Shown here: positions 33,333 through 43,185 of the stretch, in pieces
How positions within the stretch are numbered: position 1 is the first letter of the stretch
How the letters are laid out: the number at the start of each line of letters is the position of its first letter
DNA from: a virus
Reading direction: 5' to 3' (one strand)
DNA length: 64,000 nt
IMG/VR virus record: IMGVR_UViG_3300025701_000007
Coordinates: 11,694-75,693 of that record
The notes under the pieces: generated by a model
Database searches by the model: none
What the model saw: only the letters and a program-made list of their open reading frames with translations
What the model was told of the DNA's origin: nothing
Position numbers and translations under genes: made by a program

Positions 33333-34375
33333 TGGTTAAGCAATATAATCTTAAAAATATTAACGGTTTACATCTTAAATCACCTTATAGTTACGACACT
33401 TATAATACAAAGGGTTTAGATGCTTTGATAGAAAACTTTGATTTTTACCCAGTAAAAGGTGATGATACCAGTAAATTTAAGTTTATTAATGGTACCTACA
33501 GAAGCGTACCACCAGTATCAGAATTCCACAATAAAATAATGGGAGATGCTTTTATTGGGGATAACTCATATACAAACAGAACACACGATCAAACCTACAC
33601 TCAGATTAAGAAAGTTAACGAATTGGTTAAAGGCGAAATTTACTACACTAAATTCGATTTTTATTTCAATTATGACGGTGACGCTTACGGGTTTGAGGTT
33701 GGTGATGCTGGTTACCAAATATCAACTAGTTTATATGCTGTGTTGGGTAATACAAAAAGGAAATTGAAGTTAAGTAACTTACTTATATACGACTTCAATA
33801 ACCCTATATATGAGAACACTACAGACAATCCAGTTGACGAAGGTTATGTAACGATAACAGACCCCATATACTCGAATAACGTTAGTATTTCTGGTGATGA
33901 TATAACCATGTCCTATATACCTAATTTTAAAACGTATTCGATATATTATAAAGTAGGGGTATCTGGATTACCAAACCCACCAGTAACATCAAACGTTTCT
34001 TATATTGAAGCGGATTCGAACTCGATTAATTACGGTAACCAAACAACCTTAATTGTTAATTCTGATCAAGCCTTCGCAATAAAATCATTTAACACACCTA
34101 CATTCTCAACCCCATCTAACGGTATGGTTATAGATTTACTTAGTGATGAATTTAAAGGTAGTCCTTTTTCAGTGATGAATGGGGGTTACTTATTTAAAGT
34201 TACCGCTGAATTGGACGCATCTTCTTTATCAGAATTTAACAACAATATATGTAAGGGTAATAAAGATTTTAAGATAATAGCCGATTATAACGGTACTTTT
34301 TCTAAGACAATAATAACTTACGAACCGATATACGAAGCTGTATCGGCAGTACAAGCAGCACCACCATCCGCTTAA
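33332..34375 (+). CDS. Putative structural protein
   Basis: ORF track; TAATG coupling. Confidence 0.55.
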   Translation: MVKQYNLKNINGLHLKSPYSYDTYNTKGLDALIENFDFYPVKGDDTSKFKFINGTYRSVPPVSEFHNKIMGDAFIGDNSYTNRTHDQTYTQIKKVNELVKGEIYYTKFDFYFNYDGDAYGFEVGDAGYQISTSLYAVLGNTKRKLKLSNLLIYDFNNPIYENTTDNPVDEGYVTITDPIYSNNVSISGDDITMSYIPNFKTYSIYYKVGVSGLPNPPVTSNVSYIEADSNSINYGNQTTLIVNSDQAFAIKSFNTPTFSTPSNGMVIDLLSDEFKGSPFSVMNGGYLFKVTAELDASSLSEFNNNICKGNKDFKIIADYNGTFSKTIITYEPIYEAVSAVQAAPPSA

Positions 34376-34390
34376 AATCAACTATAAGAT

Positions 34391-35005
34391 ATGGGATCGA
34401 TACCACTATATGAGATAGCACAAAAAAAGGTTACAAAAGTAATGCCTACATTTAGTTTCGCTATACCTAAAATAAATTTTTATGTAAACACACCTTCTGT
34501 GAGCGTTACTAGTAATAACGATAAATTTCAAACTGAAGAAAAAGAAGGTAAGTTCAACATATTAAACCCTAATACTAAACCTGTATACTTTAACGATATA
34601 ATTTTTAAAAACGCTAGGGTTAGAGATATGGATACTAGATCCGTAAGACTTAACACTACTTTAAGCTTGACAGATAGTTATGATTTAAACGATAAGTTTT
34701 ATCAAGAATATACAGTAAGAATTAACGGATTTACCACTGGATTATTAACAATAGTTAGCGAATCTGGCCTTATAGGGTCAAATAAAATAATACCCCCTTT
34801 AAATAAATTAGAATTTTATGCTTTTTATGAAGTCAAAAATTTAGGGGTTTTAAATAAACATTATTACGGTAAGAGTTCTATTACACCTAACAAACGAGTT
34901 GGTATAATAGACTTTAATTTTAATATAAAAGCATACTCTAAACCAGTTAATGGTACTGAGATAAACGAAGAGATTGTCATTTCAACAATTTTGGTTAATA
35001 CTTAA
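34391..35005 (+). CDS. Putative structural protein
   Basis: ORF track; operon context. Confidence 0.55.
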   Translation: MGSIPLYEIAQKKVTKVMPTFSFAIPKINFYVNTPSVSVTSNNDKFQTEEKEGKFNILNPNTKPVYFNDIIFKNARVRDMDTRSVRLNTTLSLTDSYDLNDKFYQEYTVRINGFTTGLLTIVSESGLIGSNKIIPPLNKLEFYAFYEVKNLGVLNKHYYGKSSITPNKRVGIIDFNFNIKAYSKPVNGTEINEEIVISTILVNT

Positions 35006-35024
35006 AAAAATTTGATGATAGTTA

Positions 35025-35079
35025 TATTTATATAATAAAGGATAATAACTTGACTTATAAAATAAAATTAATACTTTTA
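35025..35079 (+). promoter_or_regulatory. TATTTATA motif (35025-35032) plus a possible host-type promoter CTTG-N19-TACTTTTA (35049-35079)
   Basis: Both lie in the intergenic gap before ATG 35093. Confidence 0.45.
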
Positions 35080-35092
35080 AATAAAAAACAAT

Positions 35093-35338
35093 ATGGGGTT
35101 TGTACCACAAAACGGAGATAGCGAGGAAATCAAAGTTTACTTAACAGAATTAGGTAGAAGAAAACTTTTAGAACAAGGTTTTATACCTGCATCATTTTCA
35201 ATTTCAGATGAAGATGGTAATTATAATGCACTAACAACTGTAGATCAGATTGTAACTGACGTTACTGGTGATTATAACGACAACGTTTACGCAATATCAA
35301 AGAACGTCACAATAAAAAATCAAATCCTTATAAAATAA
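35093..35338 (+). CDS. Small structural protein with an LTxxGR N-terminal motif
   Basis: VYLTELGRRKLL...FSISDEDGNY. Confidence 0.6.
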   Translation: MGFVPQNGDSEEIKVYLTELGRRKLLEQGFIPASFSISDEDGNYNALTTVDQIVTDVTGDYNDNVYAISKNVTIKNQILIK

Positions 35339-35345
35339 TATAAAA

Positions 35346-37205
35346 ATGAGTGCAATACTAAAAGTTAGACTACCATATTACGCTAGAACTATATCTACGG
35401 GTACTAATGGTGTGGCAGAATTTTTCTTTCTAGAAAAACCTAAATACATACCATCTTTAAACCAACAAGTAATTATAACCCACACAGAGGTTTCACCTAA
35501 CAGTGGATTAAACACAAAATTAACGAATGTGGCTACAAATACCGTAACAGGTAGATTCCAAGCCGCACCAGATTTGACCAACCAACCAGAAGCTGTTTCA
35601 GCCAACGGCGGGTATTCATTTCTTTTTTCTTTAGCGTATAACGATTCAGAATTCTCACAACCACAGTTTGGGGGTACCTGTAGAGGTTATATAGAGTACG
35701 ATTACAATCCTACTAACTATAATATATTAAAACCTGTAGAAAGTGTGGTAGTTGTAAACGAAACCATACCATTTGATTTAAACGATGGTTACCAACAACT
35801 AACTCACGAATTCCAGGATCCAGATTTAAATATCAGTGATATTTTACCAGGTTTCTTTGTGGGTAGACAGGATAATAACACTATATTTGCGAATCTACTT
35901 AAATCATTAAACTTACCAGTAACCAACGAAGAGTATAAAAAATATTCTAGATCAGCTTATGGGGTATTAACTCCAGCTACATCAACTGATGTTGTCGCTG
36001 TTAAACAAAACGGGGTTGATTACAAGTGGACAGAGATAACATCCTCTTATACTGGTACTACCGAAGCTCTAGTTACACACCCAGTAACGGGTTACACAGG
36101 CGAACATTACGGTACAGTTATGCAAACTATAGGGTCGAATGAATTTGAAGACGATAAACCATGGAACCTTCCAGTACCAAACGATATGTTTTTAGTGCTA
36201 GAAATACCTAACAATAAGTATGGTGAGATAATAGATGGTAAGACCATGAAATTGACACTACCTTACTTTGACGGTGCTGATAGTACAAACGCTGATGAAA
36301 AAAGGTTAGGTCTAAAAGACTATACTGGAGTATCACCAACATCAATAGAATTATATAGTACGTACAGTGAAGCACACCTTAACAATAATTTAGATAAGAA
36401 ATTATCTGACACCAGTATAAGTGTTAGTTCTTTAGGTGTTAGACCAGATCTAGAAACTACTACTGAAACTACTTACGAAAGTAACGTAGCTCTATTGTTT
36501 TCAGACGATATAGCTCCACCATCAGTAAACTTCAACAACTGGGGTGACGGTTACACTGAAGTAATTAACGGTACTAAAGTATTTTCACCTTCAGGGCAAG
36601 AAAAACCAACGTACAACTATAAAAACGACAAAGCTGTAGGTGTTGCCTACTTAGACAAAGGTTTTATCGTTATAACGCACCCACTTATTGTAGATTCTTA
36701 CTTTAAGAACGTATTTGATGGTGATATAGTAACAGCTGGATCTACAACCGTATTTAAAAACTATGATTTAGTTAACGGTATAACTGGACCAACTAGAGGA
36801 GATGTTAGAACAACAACTACTGGTGATACTAATCAATTGATAGTAACTAAAGATGGGTCCGATATATTATGGGATAGTACTCAATTTGTTTATACTGATA
36901 GCATTGTATCTACATTAGAATATAATAGTTATAATACAGAGAAATCTTTAAATGTAGTATGTTTAGCATCATCAGATGAGTTTTTTAAATCATCTAATGA
37001 CACAGCTAAAGATTTGCAAAGTGTTGAACAAACAGAGGATCATGCATCCTTTAAAACTACTGACGGTGACCTATATCCTGTTATCATAACACAATTAGGT
37101 ATACATGACTCTGATGGTAATCTATTAGCGATATGCAAACCAACACAACCAATAAAAAAGTATTGGTACGACGTGGTTTCTTTTAATATAAAAATAAGGT
37201 TATAA
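35346..37205 (+). CDS. Tail-collar/baseplate protein, C-terminal DUF3751-like half
   Basis: C-terminal ITQLGIHDSDGNLLAICKPTQPIKK, matching the end of 30232. Confidence 0.6.
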   Translation: MSAILKVRLPYYARTISTGTNGVAEFFFLEKPKYIPSLNQQVIITHTEVSPNSGLNTKLTNVATNTVTGRFQAAPDLTNQPEAVSANGGYSFLFSLAYNDSEFSQPQFGGTCRGYIEYDYNPTNYNILKPVESVVVVNETIPFDLNDGYQQLTHEFQDPDLNISDILPGFFVGRQDNNTIFANLLKSLNLPVTNEEYKKYSRSAYGVLTPATSTDVVAVKQNGVDYKWTEITSSYTGTTEALVTHPVTGYTGEHYGTVMQTIGSNEFEDDKPWNLPVPNDMFLVLEIPNNKYGEIIDGKTMKLTLPYFDGADSTNADEKRLGLKDYTGVSPTSIELYSTYSEAHLNNNLDKKLSDTSISVSSLGVRPDLETTTETTYESNVALLFSDDIAPPSVNFNNWGDGYTEVINGTKVFSPSGQEKPTYNYKNDKAVGVAYLDKGFIVITHPLIVDSYFKNVFDGDIVTAGSTTVFKNYDLVNGITGPTRGDVRTTTTGDTNQLIVTKDGSDILWDSTQFVYTDSIVSTLEYNSYNTEKSLNVVCLASSDEFFKSSNDTAKDLQSVEQTEDHASFKTTDGDLYPVIITQLGIHDSDGNLLAICKPTQPIKKYWYDVVSFNIKIRL

Positions 37206-37215
37206 AAAAAAATAC

Positions 37216-37820
37216 ATGGGATCAAAAGAGATACAAGAAGAATATTACTTACTTGGACTAGATGTGTCGACTAAAACTATAGGAGTCTCACTATTCAACA
37301 ATAAGGGTGAATTACTAGAATTAACACACAATCACCAAAAGCTAAACCTGTACCTGAGAGTAAAACCGAGGAATTACTAAAGAAGGCCGACCTATTTTCT
37401 GATTTTATACAGAAATACGCTAAAATGAACATTAAACACGTCCTAATCGAAGAGCCTCTATTAAGGTCTAATAACGTTAGAACTGTAGGGACCTTATTAA
37501 GGTTTAATGGTATGGTTACCAAAATATGTTACGATACACTCGGCATTACACCAGAATACATAAGTACGTATGAAGCTAGAAAAAATGCTTTCCCTGAACT
37601 AATGCAAGTTGGTAGTACTAAAAAATTAGTACTTTTCGGTGGGTTACCAAAGAACATAGATAAAAAACAAATAATATGGGATCTGGTTAACGCTAGAGAA
37701 CCACAAATAAATTGGTTTTACAACAAAAAGGGTGCTCTAAGAAAAGAAAATTACGACATGTCAGATAGTTATGTTGTGGCACTAGCATACATGAAAATGA
37801 ATGGTTTAGTGGATGAATAA
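37216..37820 (+). CDS. RuvC-like Holliday junction resolvase interrupted by a -1 frameshift near 37330
   Basis: ATG 37216 frame gives LLGLDVSTKTIGVSLF and stops at 37378-37380; the -1 frame carries IEEP and ENYDMSDSY; joined product ~201 aa. Confidence 0.8.
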
Positions 37821-37845
37821 TTGTAAATTAATTAAATAGATAATT

Positions 37846-37877
37846 AAAAACCTTGACTTATGTTAAGGTTTTTTTTT
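37846..37877 (+). terminator. Rho-independent terminator
   Basis: AAAAACCTTGAC-TTAT-GTTAAGGTTTTT followed by a T run. Confidence 0.85.
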
Positions 37878-37883
37878 GTTATA

Positions 37884-37915
37884 TTTGTTTTTACTAAAAT
37901 CATTTACTATATTTG
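37884..37915 (+). promoter_or_regulatory. Bacteroidota sigmaA-type promoter
   Basis: Perfect TTTG-N20-TATATTTG ending 6 nt before ATG 37922 (near-leaderless mRNA). Confidence 0.8.
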
Positions 37916-37921
37916 CGGGGT

Positions 37922-38885
37922 ATGACAACATTTGAACAAGAATTAGAAGTCGATAAATTACTTTTCTTATTAGAAAACTTCCTGGGTGAACCTAAGGAAA
38001 CACTCTAGAAGTAACGGTCAGGTTAGTTACGATTGTCCGAATTGTTCGGCTATGAAAGGTGTTGAGTACGACGGTAAAGGTAACCTAGAAATAACTTATA
38101 TAAACGGATTGTATAATTGCTGGTCTTGCGGTGAGATAGATGAAACAAAGGGTAGGTTATCTAAATTATTTAAAGACTATTCGGACAAAAAAACTTTAAG
38201 GGATTTTTATAACCTAAAGTTTAAATTTAACGAGTTTAAGACCGTTAAAGAAAAAAAAGATGACTTAGTATTACCAGAGGAATATATTAAGTTACACGGT
38301 AAGTTAGAGACTAATAGGTATAACAATGCGTTTCATTATCTTTACAACAGAGGTATCACCAATAAACAAATAGAGAAATACGATATAGGTTTCTGTGCAC
38401 AAGGCAAGTATCAGAATAGAGTAGTCATACCATCTTACGACTTGGAAGGTAAGTTAAATTTTTTCGTAACCAGATCGATAAACCCAAGAACCAAAAAGTT
38501 TAAATATCTAAACCCTAAAGCTGATAAACAAACAATAATATTTAACGAGAAGTTTATCGATTGGGATAAACCAGTGTTTATAGTAGAAGGCCCATTCGAT
38601 CATTTAGTTATACCGAATAGTATACCCCTTCTCGGTAAGAAGTTATCCGAAAAACTATTCAATGAATTATACTTCAAAAGTAATAACTTTATAATCATAG
38701 CTTTAGACCCTGACGCTATTAATGATAGTATCAAAATATACAACAAATTAGATGCGGGTAGGTTATATAAAAAGGTTCTAATTACTGAAATGCCAGAAGG
38801 TTTAGATGTATCCTCTTATAATGAGAAGTATGGACCAGAGAATCTAAAAAAAGTATTACAAGCAAGTAAAAGATTACAAGAATGA
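37922..38885 (+). CDS. dnaG: DNA primase (Zn finger plus TOPRIM) interrupted by a +1 frameshift near 37994
   Basis: CPNC...CWSC Zn finger, YLYNRGIT, RVVIPS, KYLNP, IVEGPFD and ALDPDA; ATG 37922 frame (MTTFEQ...LENFLGEP) stops at 38006-38008. Confidence 0.85.
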
Positions 38886-39598
38886 TGGATTTAAATAACC
38901 CTGCCAGCGGTAGTACAAATATTAATTACGACTCCGTAAATACCGTACTAAAGGTATTCAAAAACGAGTTCAATGAAGATTTTTATGCGTCCAGGTTAGC
39001 AGAAAGGAAAGGTGTACATAAAGACGATATTATAGCTGAATGGAGGGAGATCAGTAAAGCCTCCACCGAATATAGTGAAGCGTTCCAAAGTATATTCACT
39101 AGGTACCTATCGGCACCAAACAGACTTTATTCACCAAGAGATAGTTTTGAGAAAATGGTCGTAACTGAATTAAAAGATATATGTGATGCAGAAGACTTAA
39201 GTTTCATAGATAGTAAAAATCTAAAACCAAACCACTCGGTTTCGATGGACCTTAATAACGGCAAAGGCATTTCTGCTGAATCCAACGTAACAGAAGAGTT
39301 GGTAGGTAACGACCTGTTTAACGTATGGTACGTAAAGACTGGTAGGAAATTTAGTTATGATAATAAATATGGTGAGTTCTTTCACTTCCCGTTAGATCAC
39401 CTATCTGACTCTAACTACAACGATTACTGTATAAGATTGTCGGTCTACACGTTAATACAAGAAAGATTAACTGGTAAGAAATTTAATAGAGGTGGTATAC
39501 TGTATTGGGATAAAAATATAAACACTTTTAAATTGATACCATTAAGTTACATGAAAAAAGATGCAGAGATGTTAATAGAATTTTATAAAATTAAATAA
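38882..39598 (+). CDS. PD-(D/E)XK exonuclease-like protein with a degenerate active site
   Basis: YDSVNTVL, EW, KT.RKF and HL...Y..Y..RLSVY scaffold present, but catalytic acids absent. Confidence 0.6.
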   Translation: MMDLNNPASGSTNINYDSVNTVLKVFKNEFNEDFYASRLAERKGVHKDDIIAEWREISKASTEYSEAFQSIFTRYLSAPNRLYSPRDSFEKMVVTELKDICDAEDLSFIDSKNLKPNHSVSMDLNNGKGISAESNVTEELVGNDLFNVWYVKTGRKFSYDNKYGEFFHFPLDHLSDSNYNDYCIRLSVYTLIQERLTGKKFNRGGILYWDKNINTFKLIPLSYMKKDAEMLIEFYKIK

Positions 39599-39607
39599 AA
39601 ATATAAT

Positions 39608-40405
39608 ATGATAAAAAAAATAGCCCATATAGCTGATATTCATTTTAGGAATATACAAAGACATGACGAGTTTAGAGCGGTGTGTGAGAACTTCATAGCT
39701 CAAATGAGGATTATGGAACCAGATAGAATTGTTATAGCTGGGGACATAGTACATTCTAGAAACCAGATAAGTCCAGAGTTAGTGAATGAAGTTTCGTGGT
39801 TTTTAAGTGAATGTTCTGAAGTTACTGGTAAAGTTATTATAATACCAGGTAACCACGATATCGTTGAACAAAATAAAGAGCGTATGGATGCTCTAACACC
39901 GATTATAAAAACACTAAGAGTAGATAACATAGAGTATTACACCAAATCAGGTTTATACAAAGATGAAAATGTTGTTTGGTCAGTTTTCAGTATATTCGAC
40001 AACCATATGACACCAGAACACATCGAATCTAGACCACATGAAGGTACATACATAGGTCTTTACCATGGTACCATTGTTGGTGCCGTAAACGAAATGGGTT
40101 TTAAATTCACTCACGGTGTTGAATTGAGTAAGTTTAGATACTGTGACCTAGTACTTTGTGGTGATATACACAAAAGGCAAGAATTCAAAGTTAGCGAAAC
40201 ACCCGTTATAATGGTAGGTTCGTTAGTACAACAAAATTATGGTGAAACTATTAGCAAACATGGGTTTAATATTGTACATTTGTCCGAAGACGGTAAGATA
40301 ACAAATGATTTTCATGATATAGAGAATCCCATAAAATATTTAACCTTTAAGATAACTGATATAACAGATATTGATGAGGATAGAGAATTTTTAGTTAATG
40401 GTTAA
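39608..40405 (+). CDS. sbcD: SbcD/Mre11 (gp47-like) metallophosphoesterase nuclease
   Basis: ADIH, AGDIVH, PGNHD, YHG and GDIHKRQ motifs. Confidence 0.9.
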   Translation: MIKKIAHIADIHFRNIQRHDEFRAVCENFIAQMRIMEPDRIVIAGDIVHSRNQISPELVNEVSWFLSECSEVTGKVIIIPGNHDIVEQNKERMDALTPIIKTLRVDNIEYYTKSGLYKDENVVWSVFSIFDNHMTPEHIESRPHEGTYIGLYHGTIVGAVNEMGFKFTHGVELSKFRYCDLVLCGDIHKRQEFKVSETPVIMVGSLVQQNYGETISKHGFNIVHLSEDGKITNDFHDIENPIKYLTFKITDITDIDEDREFLVNG

Positions 40406-40832
40406 CATAGAAATAGATAATAAATTACACGAAGAGATGAAACTCTTCTGTGAGCTGAACGAAATCGAGGATGTGAATGTTTTTATATCCGAATGTCTCG
40501 TAAAGGGTTTTGATATGGAGAAATATGGTGACTCATTTGCCTTATTTTTCAATAAAGAAGGTTCAGACATAGTTCGTGTGGAAGAATCTATAGAAGAAAT
40601 AGTAGAAGTAGTAGAAGAGTCGCTAGACGAACCAGTAGAGGAAATTAGTGTAGAAGAATCTATAGAAGCTTCAGTGGAACAACCAGTAGAGGTGTCAGTT
40701 GATACACCCATAGAAGAACCCATAGAAGAACCTAAGTACGAAATAAAAAAAGAGGTTAAAAAAGAAACAATTAAAAGACCTGTCACTATAATAAAAAAAT
40801 CACCAAAAGATAATTACGACGTATATGATTAA
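40398..40832 (+). CDS. Small protein: ribbon-helix-helix-like N-terminus plus acidic repeats
   Basis: VNIEIDNKLHEEMKLFC pattern; VEESIE/EEPIE repeats. Confidence 0.55.
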   Translation: MVNIEIDNKLHEEMKLFCELNEIEDVNVFISECLVKGFDMEKYGDSFALFFNKEGSDIVRVEESIEEIVEVVEESLDEPVEEISVEESIEASVEQPVEVSVDTPIEEPIEEPKYEIKKEVKKETIKRPVTIIKKSPKDNYDVYD

Positions 40833-43182
40833 AGAAGAGATAAACGGTTTATATGACCCTAAAAACTATATTAAGGTTATATGGGAAGATACACTGGATA
40901 ACCACTCAACCCATAGGGAGAAGCAGGTTGAAAAGTATTTCCAAAAAAAGTATAAAACTAATAAGGTTAAGGTTATATTTAAACCCATAGCCACTAAGAA
41001 TAGTGATGTTGTTGCAGAAGGTACGGCTGATGCTTCTGAAGTAATATTAGACGAGAACTACCAGAAGCAATTGATTGAGAGTTACCTATCAGACAAAGGT
41101 TTATCGGTCAATATGGACTACTTAATGAAATTAGATAACACGGTTAACGTTGAATTAGAAGACTATAAGGATCAAACGAACCGATATAAGAAATTCAAAA
41201 TAAAACAAGTAGAGTTTTCTAATTTCTTATCTTTCGGGGATGACAATAAAATTAATTTTAGTGATAATATGGGTATCACCTCGGTGATGTCGAACCCAGC
41301 TAATTTTGGTGGTAAGACCACTATGACTGTGGACTTACTATTATTCTTGTTTTTTGGTGTTACCACAAAGACGGATAAAATGATTGACGTGTTTAATAGG
41401 TATTCCGATGAAGACGCTGTGGTTGTTAAAGGTCTAGTGGAAATAGAAGGTGATTCATACGTCATAAAAAGAACTATAAAAAGAAAAGAAGATAAATCAG
41501 GTGAATATGCTGCTAAGAGTTCCCTAGACTTCTACCAGGTTTTACCAAACGGTGGTGCTAAGCAATTAAATGGTGAACAAAGAAAATTCACTGACGACCT
41601 TATTAAGACATACGTAGGTTCTTATGACGACTTCTTAATAACGATACTAACTACTGGTGATAATCTAGATGATTTAATAAAAACTAAACCAACCGAAAGA
41701 GGTAGGATTTTAACTAAATTCATAGGGTTAGAATTTTTTAGAGAGAAAGAAAAAATAGCTAAGAAAAAACATCAAGAATGGAAGGAAAAGTCTAAGTTAT
41801 ACCACAATAATAGTCAGGATATTTTAGGTAAGATTGAGGTTGAAGATGATAAGATAAAGAATAATAATAAGTTGGTAGAGTCTTTAGACGTGAAACTAAA
41901 AGAAAAAACTGATATATTATCCAATTACGATGAAGAGAGAGATAGATTAAACTCCATAAGGATAAATAATATCGATACTGAGTTATATAAAGTTGTTGAG
42001 AGTGATATTACTTCTGGGATAGATAAAGTTGTTAAAATGATCTCGGACAAAGAGAATGAAATCGAGGAATTAAAAGAAGAGAACCCAAAACCAAGTGCAC
42101 CTTTTGATGTCGATAGATATTCCACCAACGTAAAAGAGCTTAGAGAATTAAAAGATAAGCAGATAGAGGTTAAGATAGAGAGTACTCAGGTACAGAAAAC
42201 AATAACTAATCTAAAAGATGGTGAAATATGTCAATCCTGTCAAAGACCATTGGAAGGTGTTGATCATAAAAGTGAGATAAAAGATAATGAAAACAAGTTA
42301 CTTAAATTAAACGAACTTAGTGATGAGTTATCTACAAAATCAGATGAATTAACTAAATCTATTGATGATGATCAAACTCTAAAAGATTCTTGGGATAAAT
42401 ACCATAAAGTTGAGTTACTACTAGACAATAAGGGTATGGAGTTATCTAACCTAAAAGAAACATTGGTTAGGGGTGAAAATAAACTTAATGAATATAGATT
42501 AGCTAAAGAAGCTCTGGAGAAGAATAAAGATATAGACACCGAACTACAGAAACTTAAGTTTAAGATAAAAGAAGAGACTGACCAGAAAAACTATATAATG
42601 TTACAGATTAATAGTTTAAATAAGGATATAGAGTTATCTAAAACTAAAATAGGTGAATTTAATGACCTAATAAAAGAACTTAAGAACGAAGAGGTGTTAG
42701 ATAAGATATTCAGGGTTTATCTAGAGATTTATGGTAAAAACGGGATATCAAAGATGGTTCTAGGTACAATGATACCACTAATAAACAGTCACCTAAGGAT
42801 ATTACTATCAGACACTTCCGACTTCGATCTAGAAATGAATATGAACCCAAAAGGTGAAATAGAGTTTCTAATGGTTGACAATGAGACTGGTGTGAACAAA
42901 CCTTTATCATCTGGTTCTGGTTATGAAAAAACTGTTAGCTCATTAGCGTTAAGATGTGTATTAAGTAAAATATGTTCCCTACCTAAACCAAATATCATTA
43001 TATTTGACGAGGTTACTGGTAAAGTATCTAATGATAATTTAGATAAATTAGGGGTATTCTTTGACAAACTAAAAACCTTATTTGACCACATATGGATTAT
43101 TAGTCACAACCCATACATACAAGATTGGGCAGACAATGTAGTCAAAGTAGAAAAAAATGATAATATTTCTCAAGTCGTTTAA
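40825..43182 (+). CDS. sbcC: SbcC/Rad50 (gp46-like) ATPase with a ~120-aa N-terminal extension
   Basis: NFLSFG, Walker A NFGGKTT, CQSC zinc hook, SGSGYEK signature, IIFDE and IISH motifs. Confidence 0.9.
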   Translation: MIKEEINGLYDPKNYIKVIWEDTLDNHSTHREKQVEKYFQKKYKTNKVKVIFKPIATKNSDVVAEGTADASEVILDENYQKQLIESYLSDKGLSVNMDYLMKLDNTVNVELEDYKDQTNRYKKFKIKQVEFSNFLSFGDDNKINFSDNMGITSVMSNPANFGGKTTMTVDLLLFLFFGVTTKTDKMIDVFNRYSDEDAVVVKGLVEIEGDSYVIKRTIKRKEDKSGEYAAKSSLDFYQVLPNGGAKQLNGEQRKFTDDLIKTYVGSYDDFLITILTTGDNLDDLIKTKPTERGRILTKFIGLEFFREKEKIAKKKHQEWKEKSKLYHNNSQDILGKIEVEDDKIKNNNKLVESLDVKLKEKTDILSNYDEERDRLNSIRINNIDTELYKVVESDITSGIDKVVKMISDKENEIEELKEENPKPSAPFDVDRYSTNVKELRELKDKQIEVKIESTQVQKTITNLKDGEICQSCQRPLEGVDHKSEIKDNENKLLKLNELSDELSTKSDELTKSIDDDQTLKDSWDKYHKVELLLDNKGMELSNLKETLVRGENKLNEYRLAKEALEKNKDIDTELQKLKFKIKEETDQKNYIMLQINSLNKDIELSKTKIGEFNDLIKELKNEEVLDKIFRVYLEIYGKNGISKMVLGTMIPLINSHLRILLSDTSDFDLEMNMNPKGEIEFLMVDNETGVNKPLSSGSGYEKTVSSLALRCVLSKICSLPKPNIIIFDEVTGKVSNDNLDKLGVFFDKLKTLFDHIWIISHNPYIQDWADNVVKVEKNDNISQVV

Positions 43183-43185
43183 TAT

